From Spongospora subterranea f. sp. subterranea (lineage: Eukaryota), in assembly GCA_049724395.1 (NCBI GenBank), contig JAUGWO010000016.1, positions 1 through 64,000 on the forward strand: 64,000 nt of DNA, in the 5' to 3' direction. Numbering within the stretch: position 1 is the stretch's first letter; each line of letters starts with the position of its first letter. The notes under the pieces were generated by a model. The model saw only the letters and a program-made list of their open reading frames with translations, was not told the origin of the DNA and ran no database searches. Shown here piece by piece: positions 1-12,629 of this stretch. The position numbers and the translations under genes are program-made.

Positions 1-3000
1 CGCCATCCATACCGTTACCAGTTGATTGTCTGCATCGCCATCCATACCGTTACCAGTTGATTGTCTGCATCGCCATCCATACCGTTACCAGTTGATTGTC
101 TGCATCGCCATCCATACCGTTACCAGGTGATTGTCTGCATCGCCATCCATACCGTTACCAGTTGATTGTCTGCATCGCCATCCATACCGTTACCAGTTGA
201 TTGTCTGCATCGCCATCCATACCGTTACCAGTTGATTGTCTGCATCGCCATCCATACCGTTACCAGTTGATTGTCTGCATCGCCATCCATACCGTTACCA
301 GTTGATTGTCTGCATCGCCATCCATACCGTTACCAGTTGATTGTCTGCATCGCCAGCCATACCGTTACCAGGTGATTGTCTGCATCGCCATCCATACCGT
401 TACCAGTTGATTGTCTGCATCGCCAGCCATACCGTTACCAGTTGATTGTCTGCATCGCCATCCATACCGTTACCAGTTGATTGTCTGCATCGCCATCCAT
501 ACCGTTACCAGTTGATTGTCTGCATCGCCATCCATACCGTTACCAGTTGATTGTCTGCATCGCCAGCCATACCGTTACCAGTTGATTGTCTGCATCGCCA
601 TCCATACCGTTACCAGTTGATTGTCTGCATCGCCATCCATACCGTTACCAGTTGATTGTCTGCATCGCCATCCATACCGTTACCAGTCTGCATGATTGTC
701 TGCATCGCCATCCATACCGTTACCAGTTGATTGTCTGCATCGCCAGCCATACCGTTACCAGTTGATTGTCTGCATCGCCATCCATACCGTTACCAGTTGA
801 TTGTCTGCATCGCCATCCATACCGTTACCAGTTGATTGTCTGCATCGCCATCCATACCGTTACCAGTTGATTGTCTGCATCGCCAGCCATACCGTTACCA
901 GTTGATTGTCTGCATCGCCAGCCATACCGTTACCAGTTGATTGTCTGCATCGCCATCCATACCGTTACCAGTTGATTGTCTGCATCGCCAGCCATACCGT
1001 TACCAGTTGATTGTCTGCATCGCCATCCATACCGTTACCAGTTGATTGTCTGCATCGCCATCCATACCGTTACCAGGTGATTGTCTGCATCGCCATCCAT
1101 ACCGTTACCAGTTGATTGTCTGCATCGCCAGCCATACCGTTACCAGTTGATTGTCTGCATCGCCATCCATACCGTTACCAGTTGATTGTCTGCATCGCCA
1201 TCCATATCGCCATCGCCATCCATACCGTTACCAGTTGATTGTCTTACCAGTTACCAGGTGATTGTCTGCATCGCCATCCATACCGTTACCAGTTGATTGT
1301 CTGCATCGCCATCCATACCGTTACCAGTTGATTGTCTGCATCGCCAGCCATACCGTTACCAGTCTGCATGATTGTCTACCAGTTGATTGTCTGCATCGCC
1401 ATCCATACCGTTACCAGTTGATTGTCTGCATCGCCATCCATACCGTTACCAGTTGATTGTCTGCATCGCCTCCATACCGTTACCAGTTGATCCATACCGT
1501 TACCAGTTGATTGTCTGCATCCATACCGTTACCAGTTGATTGTCTGCATCGCCATCCATACCGTTACCAGTTGATTGTCATGCCATACCGTTACCAGTTG
1601 ATTGTCTGCATCGCCAGCCATACCGTTACCAGTTGATTGTCTGCATCGCCATCCATACCGTTACCAGTTGATTGTCTGCATCGCCATCCATACCGTTACC
1701 AGTTGATTGTCTGCATCGCCAGCCATACCGTTACCAGTTGATTGTCTGCATCGCCATCCATACCGTTACCAGTTGATTGTCTGCATCGCCATCCATACCG
1801 TTACCAGTTGATTGTCTGCATCGCCATCCATACCGTTACCAGTTGATTGTCTGCATCGCCATCCATACCGTTACCAGGTGATTGTCTGCATCGCCAGCCA
1901 TACCGTTACCAGTTGATTGTCTGCATCGCCAGCCATACCGTTACCAGTTGATTGTCTGCATCGCCAGCCATACCGTTACCAGTTGATCGTCTGCATCGCC
2001 AGCCATACCGTTACCAGTTGATTGTCTGCATCGCCATCCATACCGTTACCAGTTGATTGTCTGCATCGCCATCCATACCGTTACCAGTTGATTGTCTGCA
2101 TCGCCATCCATACCGTTACCAGTTGATTGTCTGCATCGCCATCCATACCGTTACCAGTTGATTGTCTGCATCGCCAGCCATACCGTTACCAGTTGATTGT
2201 CTGCATCGCCATCCATACCGTTACCAGTTGATTGTCTGCATCGCCATCCATACCGTTACCAGTTGATTGTCTGCATCGCCATCCATACCGTTACCAGTTG
2301 ATTGTCTGCATCGCCATCCATACCGTTACCAGTTGATTGTCTGCATCGCCAGCCATACCGTTACCAGTTGATTGTCTGCATCGCCATCCATACCGTTACC
2401 AGTTGATCGTCTGCATCGCCATCCATACCGTTACCAGTTGATTGTCTGCATCGCCATCCATACCGTTACCAGTTGATTGTCTGCATCGCCATCCATACCG
2501 TTTGATTGTCTGCATCGCCATCCATACCGTTACCAGTTGATTGTCTGCATCGCCAGCCATACCGTTACCAGTTGATTGTCTGCATCGCCATCCATACCGT
2601 TACCAGTTGATTGTCTGCATCGCCAGCCATACCGTTACCAGTTGATTGTCTGCATCGCCATCCATACCGTTACCAGTTGATTGTCTGCATCGCCATCCAT
2701 ACCGTTACCAGTTGATTGTCTGCATCGCCATCCATATACCAGTTGATTGTCTGCATCGCCAGCCATACCGTTACCAGTTGATTGTCTGCATCGCCATCCA
2801 TACCGTTACCAGTTGATTGTCTGCATCGCCAGCCATACCGTTACCAGTTGATTGTCTGCATCGCCATCCATACCGTTACCAGTTGATTGTCTGCATCGCC
2901 AGCCATACCGTTACCAGTTGATTGTCTGCATCGCCAGCCATACCGTTACCAGTTGATTGTCTGCATCGCCAGCCATACCGTTACCAGTTGATTGTCTGCA

Positions 3001-3403
3001 TCGCCACCATACCGTTACCAGGTGATTGTCTGCATCGCCATCCATACCGTTACCAGTTGATTGTCTGCATCGCCAGCCATACCGTTACCAGTTGATTGTC
3101 TGCATCGCCAGCCATACCGTTACCAGTTGATTGTCTGCATCGCCAGCCATACCGTTACCAGTTGATTGTCTGCATCGCCATCCATACCGTTACCAGTTGA
3201 TTGTCTGCATCGCCATCCATACCGTTACCAGTTGATTGTCTGCATCGCCATCCATACCGTTACCAGTTGATTGTCTGCATCGCCATCCATACCGTTACCA
3301 GTTGATTGTCTGCATCGCCATCCATACCGTTACCAGTTGATTGTTGCATCGCCAGCCATCGTTACCAGTTGATTGTCTGCATCGCCGCCATCCATACCGT
3401 TAC
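1..3403. repeat. 35-bp tandem satellite, about 97 units, running off the left edge
   Basis: Unit CGCCATCCATACCGTTACCAGTTGATTGTCTGCAT repeats head to tail with no spacers. Recurring variants are CATCC/CAGCC and GTTGA/GGTGA. Broken units occur near 1200-1600, 2500 and 2735. Confidence 0.98.
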
Positions 3404-3542
3404 CTATGACTGCTCGTAATGCTACACACCGCTCTGTTACGAGTAAAAGTTACACTGCAGCGGCCACTGGACAAGGTCAACTTTTCCCGATTCCCATTGG
3501 CGTTTGTTGTAGAACCGAATTTATATTGATGATTTTTTTGTA

Positions 3543-6500
3543 TTAGTTAGGTATTCTGCGAGATTTCGGCTTGGAAGCGCGTTTGGGAGATGATCGGCTG
3601 TGATATGTGAGTAGCAGAAGACCGATGATGCGCAAACAAATGAATATGAGCACGTTCGCCATGATGAATGGCCATAGATCGCTGGGCTTCAAACTGAACA
3701 TGTTGTCCATTGCGGCCGCGCCTGTCGTCATCGGGCAGATTCTCCCGTCGTCGACGCGGATGTATTCGGAATCGGTACAATACAGCGTCAGACCGTCCAG
3801 CTCGTTGATCGCCAAAGCGCCGAGAGCGTATTTGAACCTAATTCCGCCGCCGGTTTAGGTGACCGTTTGTTTGACGCAATGGGGGTTTACGGGGATATAT
3901 ATTCGATCCATCTGAGAGCGACCGACACCGATTCTGTATGAACCAAATAGCCCGAGAATACCACCAACGGCATTAGCAAAATCGCTGTTCAAACACCAGC
4001 TTTCAGCTCGAATTGCACAAACAAAAACCAATAAATTCGATCAACGTGTCAGAGAACGGAAAACATTTTTGGAATTTTTTGTAGATTCAGCAGAGTGGCT
4101 TACAAGCTGAGGCGGCGGCTACCTGGGGATTGGGGAAAGCGCAACCGATCGCAACGCCCAAGGCGTCACATGTGCTCATGCCCAGCGCCATGATCAACAG
4201 GAATATGGCGAACTTGGTCAGGTCGGTCTGGAACCCGACCATGGGGTAGGCGATACAGCAGTTCAACAGGCACTGGAGCAGGATGAACGGCAGGTCCGAT
4301 AGCGCCTTGCTCGTGAAATACGCCGACTGACCAGGGAAATGGGACAGAAACATGGTCAGAACATTGTTTGACGACTTCAACTGATATGGACGAAAATCTC
4401 TAAAACGTTCGCGCAAGATTCCATCAACAACGTATTCCTGGAACAACAACGACAATCCCAAAATCTGGAAATCTGATCCCATTGGCGTTTTTTAAGTTTT
4501 CGCCATTGTCAGTCGAGTGTTAAACGATATACCGGATGATATAGTTGGTAAAATTCCTTGGTGACGATCTCGTGCTCTTCTGGCATCTAGGAAATCCAGG
4601 CCGACTGAGGCGACACAAGGCGGAACGGCCCACACGATGGTCCTTACTGTTCGTACGGCGTCCAACGCCGATCCCATACCCGCCGACAGCATTAGGAAGA
4701 ACGCAGCACCGCCGCGATCACGAATGGATTTCTATCGGCACAGATCAAACCAATCACTCGAGATTTCAAACTCGGTATAACAAGAACAGCATCTTGTTCC
4801 ATTCAAAACGGTCAGTGCTAAAAAAACGCAATCTCAAAAAATTCCAAAACATTTAAAGCAACGAGCCGTTGTCTTCATCGAAAATTCGCAGCAATCGCCG
4901 TTCAAAAGGCGACAGAAAAGAGTTGACGAACCTGATCATGTCCAAGACTAGAGAAGAGGATTCCGCATAATAGACCAGAGCAAATCGCCTTGATCAGGCG
5001 AACACGCATCAGCTTCGGCTGACGAATGAAATTGACAACGTTCCTGAACACGAGGAGCTTGAGCTGAAGACACCAGGCGATTCGGGCCCGATGACGATGG
5101 GCCGGCGCCTTGACGATGACTGACGTCGGGCGAACGTCGCCCGGTGAAGACGGCGCGGAGGTCGGCAAATGCGACGCCTGGTCCAAGATCGTCGAGATCC
5201 GACGACGCGCTTGGCCCATATCACGACTGTTGTCTTCCGTCCAATGAACATCCAACAGATTAACTATTGAGCGCCGAACTCAGTTTGAGTTGTTTACACA
5301 GACACTAATATGGCACAATAAAATGTTTCTTGAAAATCACGAGAACGCGACGTTTGGTACAATGAACAACACGGACCCCATCTTCATGATCAGTTGATCA
5401 ATTAGAATCCAGATCGAAAGAAGAAAACCAAGTGAATGAACTTAAACACGATATCGAGGTCGTGTTTCGTTGTGAAAATCAACAGCGAGAACAACGAGAG
5501 AAATCACGTACTGAAAAATTCACAGGGGTTTGTGTATGGGGGAAGGGTGAACCCAATCGCCCCGAAATACTGGATGGAATCCTGGGGCGATCCGAAGTAG
5601 GCGGTCCTGCCGCCCGACAGGAGAAGGACGCGATCGAACAGCTTGAACAGGGCGTGCGTGGGCTGATGGAACGACGCCATGATCGTTCGCCCCTCGTTGG
5701 CGAGCTTGCGCAGGCTGAGGACGACGGCCTAGCAACCCCAACAATCGACCTCAACTGTCGTCTCCGGTACAAACAGAGGGCGAATGAAAACCAAAAAGCT
5801 GTTGAAAAAAAGAGTTCGGTTCGATGACATTCACGAGTCATTGTCAGATCGGATCCGCGTTGGCGTTTTTTCGGAAATCCAGGGCAAATCAGTACCTCGG
5901 CCGTCGACGAATCCAAAGCCGACGTCGGTTCTACGAAAGGAGCGGTCAGAGATTGGGCGTTGAGCTGGGACCGAACCCACACAAACCATCCAGTAATATC
6001 AGACGCGGATTCGACACGATCTCCACCGCAATCGACGTGCTGAAAACCCCCAACCGACTCTGAGAAACCGTTTCGACCATGAAATGCGATCGGTCCTGAC
6101 CGTTTGCGTTCTCCGCCCGAAATCCCTTTGACATTTCGCCCTCCGATCATCCGATCGGCGCAGGTTTCCAAACCCAATATTCCTAGAACGCTGGCGAGAC
6201 GGCCGATCAGAAGGGGAAACACTTTTGTGGGGGTTGGAGGGGTGTTGGAACCCCCGTACCGATCGGCGGTCGCTCGACGCGTCTCGACGTCGATGTGCTT
6301 CGTGATGTCGATCACGAAGTTGACGGATTCCCGGGGCGTCAACGTCTCCATCAGGATATCTTTCTGCCGGACCTGTTTTGGGCAATGAACGTCGAGCAGA
6401 GCAATCGGGACAGAATCATTGACAAACTGCACGATTTCCAGAACCGCCCCGGTAATCGACAAACGAAACACAAAAAGTTCGAAGGGAATTCCGATTTCGA

Positions 6501-7707
6501 CTACCCGTTAAGAATTTGAAAAAGAAATTAACGGAATTTGGGGCGATGAACAGGTTCTAGACAACGATGAAAACGGTCTGGCAAGGGAAATGAGGGAAGA
6601 TCAAGGGTCGGGGGTTTTCCTACATAGCCGGTCGAGCGAATGAATTTTTTGAGATCGACAGGAGCGTTGTTGACGAAGACCGTTCCGGTTTGGACCTGGT
6701 TCTTGCCCTGATGCTGGAACGAGATGGCGTTCAGGAGGCTCGTCTTCCCACAACCTGTTTTGGCCAGACACAATATCAGACCTTGAGCCCTGGCACCGGC
6801 GAAAACAATGGAAAAACCACGAGAACGGAACCGGTCGAAAATCCAAGAGAATCGTGGGAATTCTCGTGTGAATCTGGCGCGAAATTATCCGCCTAACCGC
6901 TTGGGCCCATTATGGCCAATAGCTCTCCAGGACGAACATAACCGGATACATCCGACAGAATATGTTGTCCATCGTTCTGTAAAACACAGCATCAAATTCA
7001 TCACACATTGGTTCCAGGACAGTTGATGGTGTGTGTCGCAGGTTTCCTAAAATACGTAAAGCGCATCGAACAAGGAACATCGAAAACACAAAAGCCCCCG
7101 AGGTCTGACAACCAACACAGCTAACAATAAGGTGATCGTAATTTATATCTAGGGCAGCTGCACCCAACGAACATGGCCATTTAGGGCTATCAATGAAAGC
7201 GGCGCGTCATTTGCAATCGGGAGAAGCGATCACGTCAACAACGAAACGACGGAAATTTGAGAAAAAACCACGGAAATTCGATTGCCATTCCAACAAGGTC
7301 TCTCTAATTAACTCGCCATTTCTCGGCTTTAAAACGCCACGATGTTTCCGGTGACGGGGAGATCATTCTCCACAACGGGAAACGATGTGTCGTTGGTGTT
7401 GTTTTACATGGACAGAGATATGAGACCAGTCCAATCTCATGCCTTTCTCCAAGGTTTTCGCCGAGTCCAATTTCCCCAGATGAAAGCTCTGTACGGTCCT
7501 GCTGATCTGTCGCTCGCGTTGATGGTTGCCGGAGGCCGTCTCCAGGACGATGGCGTGCATTGGGATGGGCGGCGGGCGCCCGCCCTGGCCTGGATCCCTT
7601 GTGGGCAGCGAGTCGGCGAAATTTTCATCGCCTGAGAGCGAGGTCAACGCCAGGTCGTTGTTGTTGTTGTCGAACGGGACACAGTTGTCCTTGGACTTCA
7701 TCATCAT
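3543..7707 (-). CDS. ABCG (White-like) half ABC transporter, multi-exon
   Basis: Spliced exons give ILSDVSGYVRPGELLAIMGPS|GCGKTSLLN (Walker A), GISGGERKR (signature), LILLD|EPTSALDS (Walker B) and SFHQP (H-loop). These are followed by ABC2-membrane helices (YFTSKALSDLPFILLQ). Exon boundaries are approximate. Confidence 0.93.
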
Positions 7708-9782
7708 TTATCTGATTATGAACGTGATATTAACAATCTGCGGATTCGATCGTTTGGTAGGAAAAACCGATCGTTTTGCTCCCCCGATTACACGGCTCGA
7801 GAAACATTTGACCAATATTTTGGTGGGAGGAGCGAACACGGAAGTCGACGTTGATGGGTTCACCAAGGCAATTTCGACAATTAGTAGCAACGCCCTGGTC
7901 GACCGGAACTTGCTACCGCTGGGTGATCACCTAGATCAATAACGGGCAGAATCCTCGATCGCCAACATTCTCCCCAAACCCAATCCGCATTTTGGTCCAC
8001 GGTTTCGTTGCGCCAGTTGGGAACGATACCGCTTTTGGTTGCCAGTTCGCTCGAAAAGACTTAAAGAAAATCGACAGCAATTCACCACTGAATCGTCCAG
8101 GTGCCCCTGTATATGTCTTCGCTACCGCAAGACAATTGAAACCGACGAATTCAAATGACAATCGTCGTCATCCGAATAGTAGGCGTTCTCTCAAATACTG
8201 CTCATACCAGCGCTCGGTAGGTGTCATCAGTTCCATTCTTTCTGCTGTTGAACCCTCCTTGTTCCAATCCAGCGCCTAACTTGCACTACGGAAGTGATCT
8301 TCCAATACGGTTTCTTTGATTGCCCAGAAACCTAGCGACAATAATTGGACCATCGTCAAGTTATCTGGTTAAGGTTTGTAAATCACAATACAACTGCATC
8401 GCCTGTCGACGATGTACGTCAGAGCATGAGCGAATAGGTTCTGGGGCGTCACGAACGTCCCGGTCATCTCGGTATGGAGACTGGCGTAATCGGGGGTCGC
8501 TGACGTCCAATATCGCTTCAATCTCCGATCAAGCGGGACGCTGGATGGCACTCTGTTGATTTGTTCGGGGCCAGTACCGGTATTGGGGCTAGCCGCGACA
8601 ATCGTCACAACTCGTCTCTGCGATCGGCTGTGGGCGCGTCTCCCAACCCTCCCGCCCTCGCTACGTTGATCGCCAGATTTCTCGCCGCAGCTCCTTGTGA
8701 TGAACTTCGGGTAACGGGTTCGTGAAGATATCGGCGATCTCGTCCTTGCTTGGGCAGTAGACAACCTCGACACACATGTGGTCTGGATCGCCTCGCGCAC
8801 CAAGTGCTTATCGTACTTCGATATGTTCGGTTCGACTCCCAGTCTTCGTGTTGGTTGCCAGCAATACCGAACACGAATCCCTGATGTGAACCCGTCGCGA
8901 TTCCATGCACCCGACAGGCCAACAGCTCGATCATGCGGCCTTGGCTCCCACATAATCAAGTACTGGTGTCGATAGCCCCAATCAGCTATGGGAGGATCCG
9001 ATTGCCCCCTCTGACGTCACCTTCTGTTGAACAGCTAGAGAATCTTGCCGTCCCAATGAGGTGAAAGACACAGCGACTTCCGATCCGGACCCCGCAATGA
9101 CCATTAACACAATCATGGTCATCTGGCAACCAACTTGAAAACCGGGAATCGTACCGAACATATCAGCGTACGATCTCACCTTAGGACGCGACTCAAGCAA
9201 CGATGCGTTTCTTGGACAATTCGATGTGATCTTGGGCAAGGTGGATAATCTCGCCAGGAAGGACATCATTTCTTGGCTTGAATACGCCATTAAGAGGTCG
9301 ACGCTCATCACTCTCCAAAATCGTTAATCTCGCAAAGATGAATTTCGAAATTTCCAGGACAAACACGAAGAGAATGGAGTTTATCAGTCTCTGTTGAAAA
9401 AAACAGCAATCGCTAGACCTTGAACAATCAACGACATCTGAAAGACATACAAGATAATTTGAGATTCAACGTGTTCCAAAGAGGATGATCATGTCCTTTC
9501 CTCGCTTTTAGAAATGTTGACAAGGTGTCTTTGAAAGATAACAAGAAAACACCATCTGAACCTGATTTCGGCCACCCTCGATAATAACAAAATCACCTTA
9601 AACCCGGCACTGGTGTTTATTTTGTTGAGTATTGTAGGTGCATTATTTGGGTAAAACACCATGGTGTTGTGTTGAAAGTGGTGTTCTATTAAATTTATGC
9701 ACAATGTTTTTATCAGAGCAATGTTTTACAAGAATTGTATATAACATCAATTGGTGCCGATTTCGGGTTACTGGTACAAAGC

Positions 9783-9907
9783 TACAAGTCTTGGATGAAA
9801 ATCATTCAGGGGCCGCAGGAACGGCGAACTTCAGTGCATCTTATGGAAGTTCGTCGTTCTCCTTCAGGGAAGGGGCACTCTCGGATGATTTTCATCCAAG
9901 ACTTGTA
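9783..9907. mobile_element. 125-bp foldback: Tc1/mariner-type MITE candidate or structured RNA hairpin
   Basis: Perfect 23-bp inverted repeat TACAAGTCTTGGATGAAAATCAT (9783-9805 / 9885-9907) whose outer dinucleotides are TA at both ends. Inner 14-bp stem at 9819-9832 / 9846-9859. Confidence 0.65.
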
Positions 9908-11078
9908 TCCTCGTCATCGTGTCTGGCAACGCCCAAGGCTGTGGCCGAGATTCCTGCAACTACTGGATTCGGGCCATCGACCCAGAACGACCTAACGGCA
10001 TTACGCTGAATCGCCTCTCTCGTTTTCTGTTATTCCCATGATACCCGAACGCATTCAAGACTTGTCTGTGTGTACTTGTTCTTTCGTTTGCCGCTGTTGC
10101 CGGCTTGGTATAGAAATGGTTCAAGGTTCGCCTTGGGCTTGTTTGTCAATTCCAGTTTGAGTTGGGGTCGACCAGTCGCGTCATCCATCGCCACAAACAA
10201 CGTGAGGTCAAGACCCATTATGACATCACTCGAGCACGATCAAAACCCCAACTGGACGTACAGAGCTTGCCACATTGTTCTACTCACCGACTTCATTTAT
10301 GCTGCGTCAGCTTCCCTTTCCTTTGTTGTAAATAATTGTTCCGAAACAAAACATTCGTCAACAAATACTTTTAAAAACGGCATATCTCAGAACCGTTATG
10401 TGGATACTTCGACAAATACTGCACCGTTTACTTGGGTGTTAAAATAGCCCATGAAGTGTAAGGTCCCCTTTTTACGTGTTCTTTTCCTTCAATCTGTATA
10501 TCAAGGGTTTTATTCGCGTCCCTTTCCCAGCTTCTGAGTTGTCGTAGAATGCAGTTGCACTTATCGTGCTGGTTAATCTGATCCAAATTGCATTAGTATT
10601 AATCACGGGCGACAGAACGATTCAAGCGGCAACCTGATGTGAATCAATGCTTGCCCAGAAAGAGCTAGTGACGACGAACCTAGGAAGCGATGAGGCGTCG
10701 AATACATGGTAAAAAAACCGGGAATCGAAAACTAAAAGGAGGGGAGGGTTGTTCGATGATGGCAATGAATGATATCAGCGGCGGCCGCTTGCGCATGGAC
10801 GATCTCAACTGGATCGTTGAGCGATCTCCCTGATTGTGGCGAATTTACAGGGGTTTGAGATGTGATCGGATTTGGGGACAAGAGCTGATTGGCCAGACCC
10901 AGCTGGCGGCAGCAGCTATCAGATCCGGTACCACTCACCGGCTGGGTGATTATCATTAAACGATGGTCATAGAGTAGTCCCTGACCCTGCCCTTGTCTTG
11001 GGTCCACAGTTGGGCTGTACATCCCCCCCCTGATCATCATCATCATTCCAAGGCACATCATCATCATTCCAAGGCAAG

Positions 11079-12106
11079 ATGGCCAGTAAACCGTTAACTG
11101 ATCAGATGATCAAAACTTCGTCCGGCAAATACGATGTTGAGAACGTTTTTACGTTGGCGGTGACCGACTCCGGTATAGCGCTGTTGTTCATCGGAAATAT
11201 ACGTTCCAAAACGCGCTCAACCCTCTTTTCTATTTGTAGAGATAACGAATCTAGATGACGTCCGGCATTGCGTTCATCTTCTCGACCTGGATCTTCACAA
11301 TAATAAGATCAGGGACATCTTACCATTATCGCACTGCGTTGACCTTGAGAGGATCAATATTAGCTCGAATCTCATTTATCGGCTCGGTAATGAACCATCA
11401 GCTTTGTTCCTCATTGCAAACTTCATTTGTTTCTCCATTTGCAGTTTGCGTTGAACTCTAAAGACACAATTTTTTTATGATTCCCTTTGAATGTGATTTG
11501 TCGAAGATCCTTTAGCACTGCTGACATCGCTCGCCTATTTACACGCGCAAGACAACCGGATCGCTACGCTGGATCAGCTTACATGTCTGAAACCCTTGAC
11601 CAAACTGAAGGCGCTATATCTGCAAAATATTGACGGGTCTAGATCCAATCCAGGTCCGCTTTCCATCGACAGATATGTTCTGATTCTCGAGTTGATTGTC
11701 TTGTAAAGTTTGCCAATGTAATGGATACCAGGAATACATATTGAGTATCTGCCCATCGCTGGACATACTGGATGGCAGGCGATTACGCCTGGAGCACGAC
11801 TTCTATAAGCTGACAACGACAGTATCTGTGGAGTCGCCCCGACTTCAGATCCGCCCAACGATCAAACCCACACTTATTACTGCAAACACTGCACCAATAC
11901 CGGTTGATACATCGTATATTGATTCAATTTGTCAAGAACTTCAGGGTGATCTTAAAGCGTATCATGTCAATCACGCAATCTGACCAGAGTATATGCTAGA
12001 TGAATTGAAACACTGTAAGACCCTGATCGCCGAGGTTGACACGTTTTTGAAGCTACGAGATTGTAAAGGGTCTCTATCAACAAATAAAACATCTACCGCT
12101 AGGTAG
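11079..12106 (+). CDS. Leucine-rich repeat protein, LRRC61-like, multi-exon
   Basis: MASKPLTDQMIKTSSGKYDVENVFTL, then LLDLDLHNNKIRDILPLSHCVDLERINISSN, LKALYLQNIDGSRSNP and the LRR cap PSLDILDGRRL. GT-AG introns. Confidence 0.75.
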
Positions 12107-12629
12107 AAGCCACAGTATTGTTCCTAATTACCCGTCGCAACAGAGCGACTTCAATAGAGTATTCACCAAGTACACGACGTCTTGACCAGATATTGATTCA
12201 GACTTCGAATTGATATCACCAAGTTGGTGTTGACATTGGTGATCGTTTACATCCAATTGATAACAAAGCGGGTGTAATTAGGGGTCGGCGATGCGGCGAT
12301 CAAATCAACCAGGTGGATTGGAACACGTGTGGAACGTTTTCTGCGGAACTGCATTTGCGATAGTTTTGCGATGGCGCAATTTTCGCCCATAAACCCTTGT
12401 GCCAGAGAACACTGTTCAAGATGTGTAGCCACAGAGGCACTTGCTGAGTCTGAGACTGGGTTGCGCTGGCGATATTCTCCAGAGGGCTGCTGCTCACCTG
12501 GTTCTGTTGTTTGTCCCCTAGTATTATCCACCTATGTATCGTAATCCGATAATTCCGCGACGGTGTCCGTACGCAGACTTTAATCCACAGGTATCCGTTT
12601 GAAAGACCAACTTACGAGAGCCTGGAATC

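Noticed and set aside
1262..1456. 64-aa ORF in the satellite
   Set aside because: A by-product of a repeat whose unit length is not a multiple of three, with local indels.
1..3403. CRISPR array (35-bp repeat)
   Set aside because: Units are contiguous with no unique spacers, there are no cas genes, and the context is eukaryotic.
5479..6471. 330-aa ORF as an independent gene
   Set aside because: It is read-through across ABCG exons and introns.
9210..9330. FDVILG as a retroviral aspartic protease motif
   Set aside because: No upstream D(S/T)G motif and no adjoining RT was seen.
10030..10218. VAMDDATGR as an IS481-like integrase motif
   Set aside because: A single short motif with no other DDE residues recognisable.
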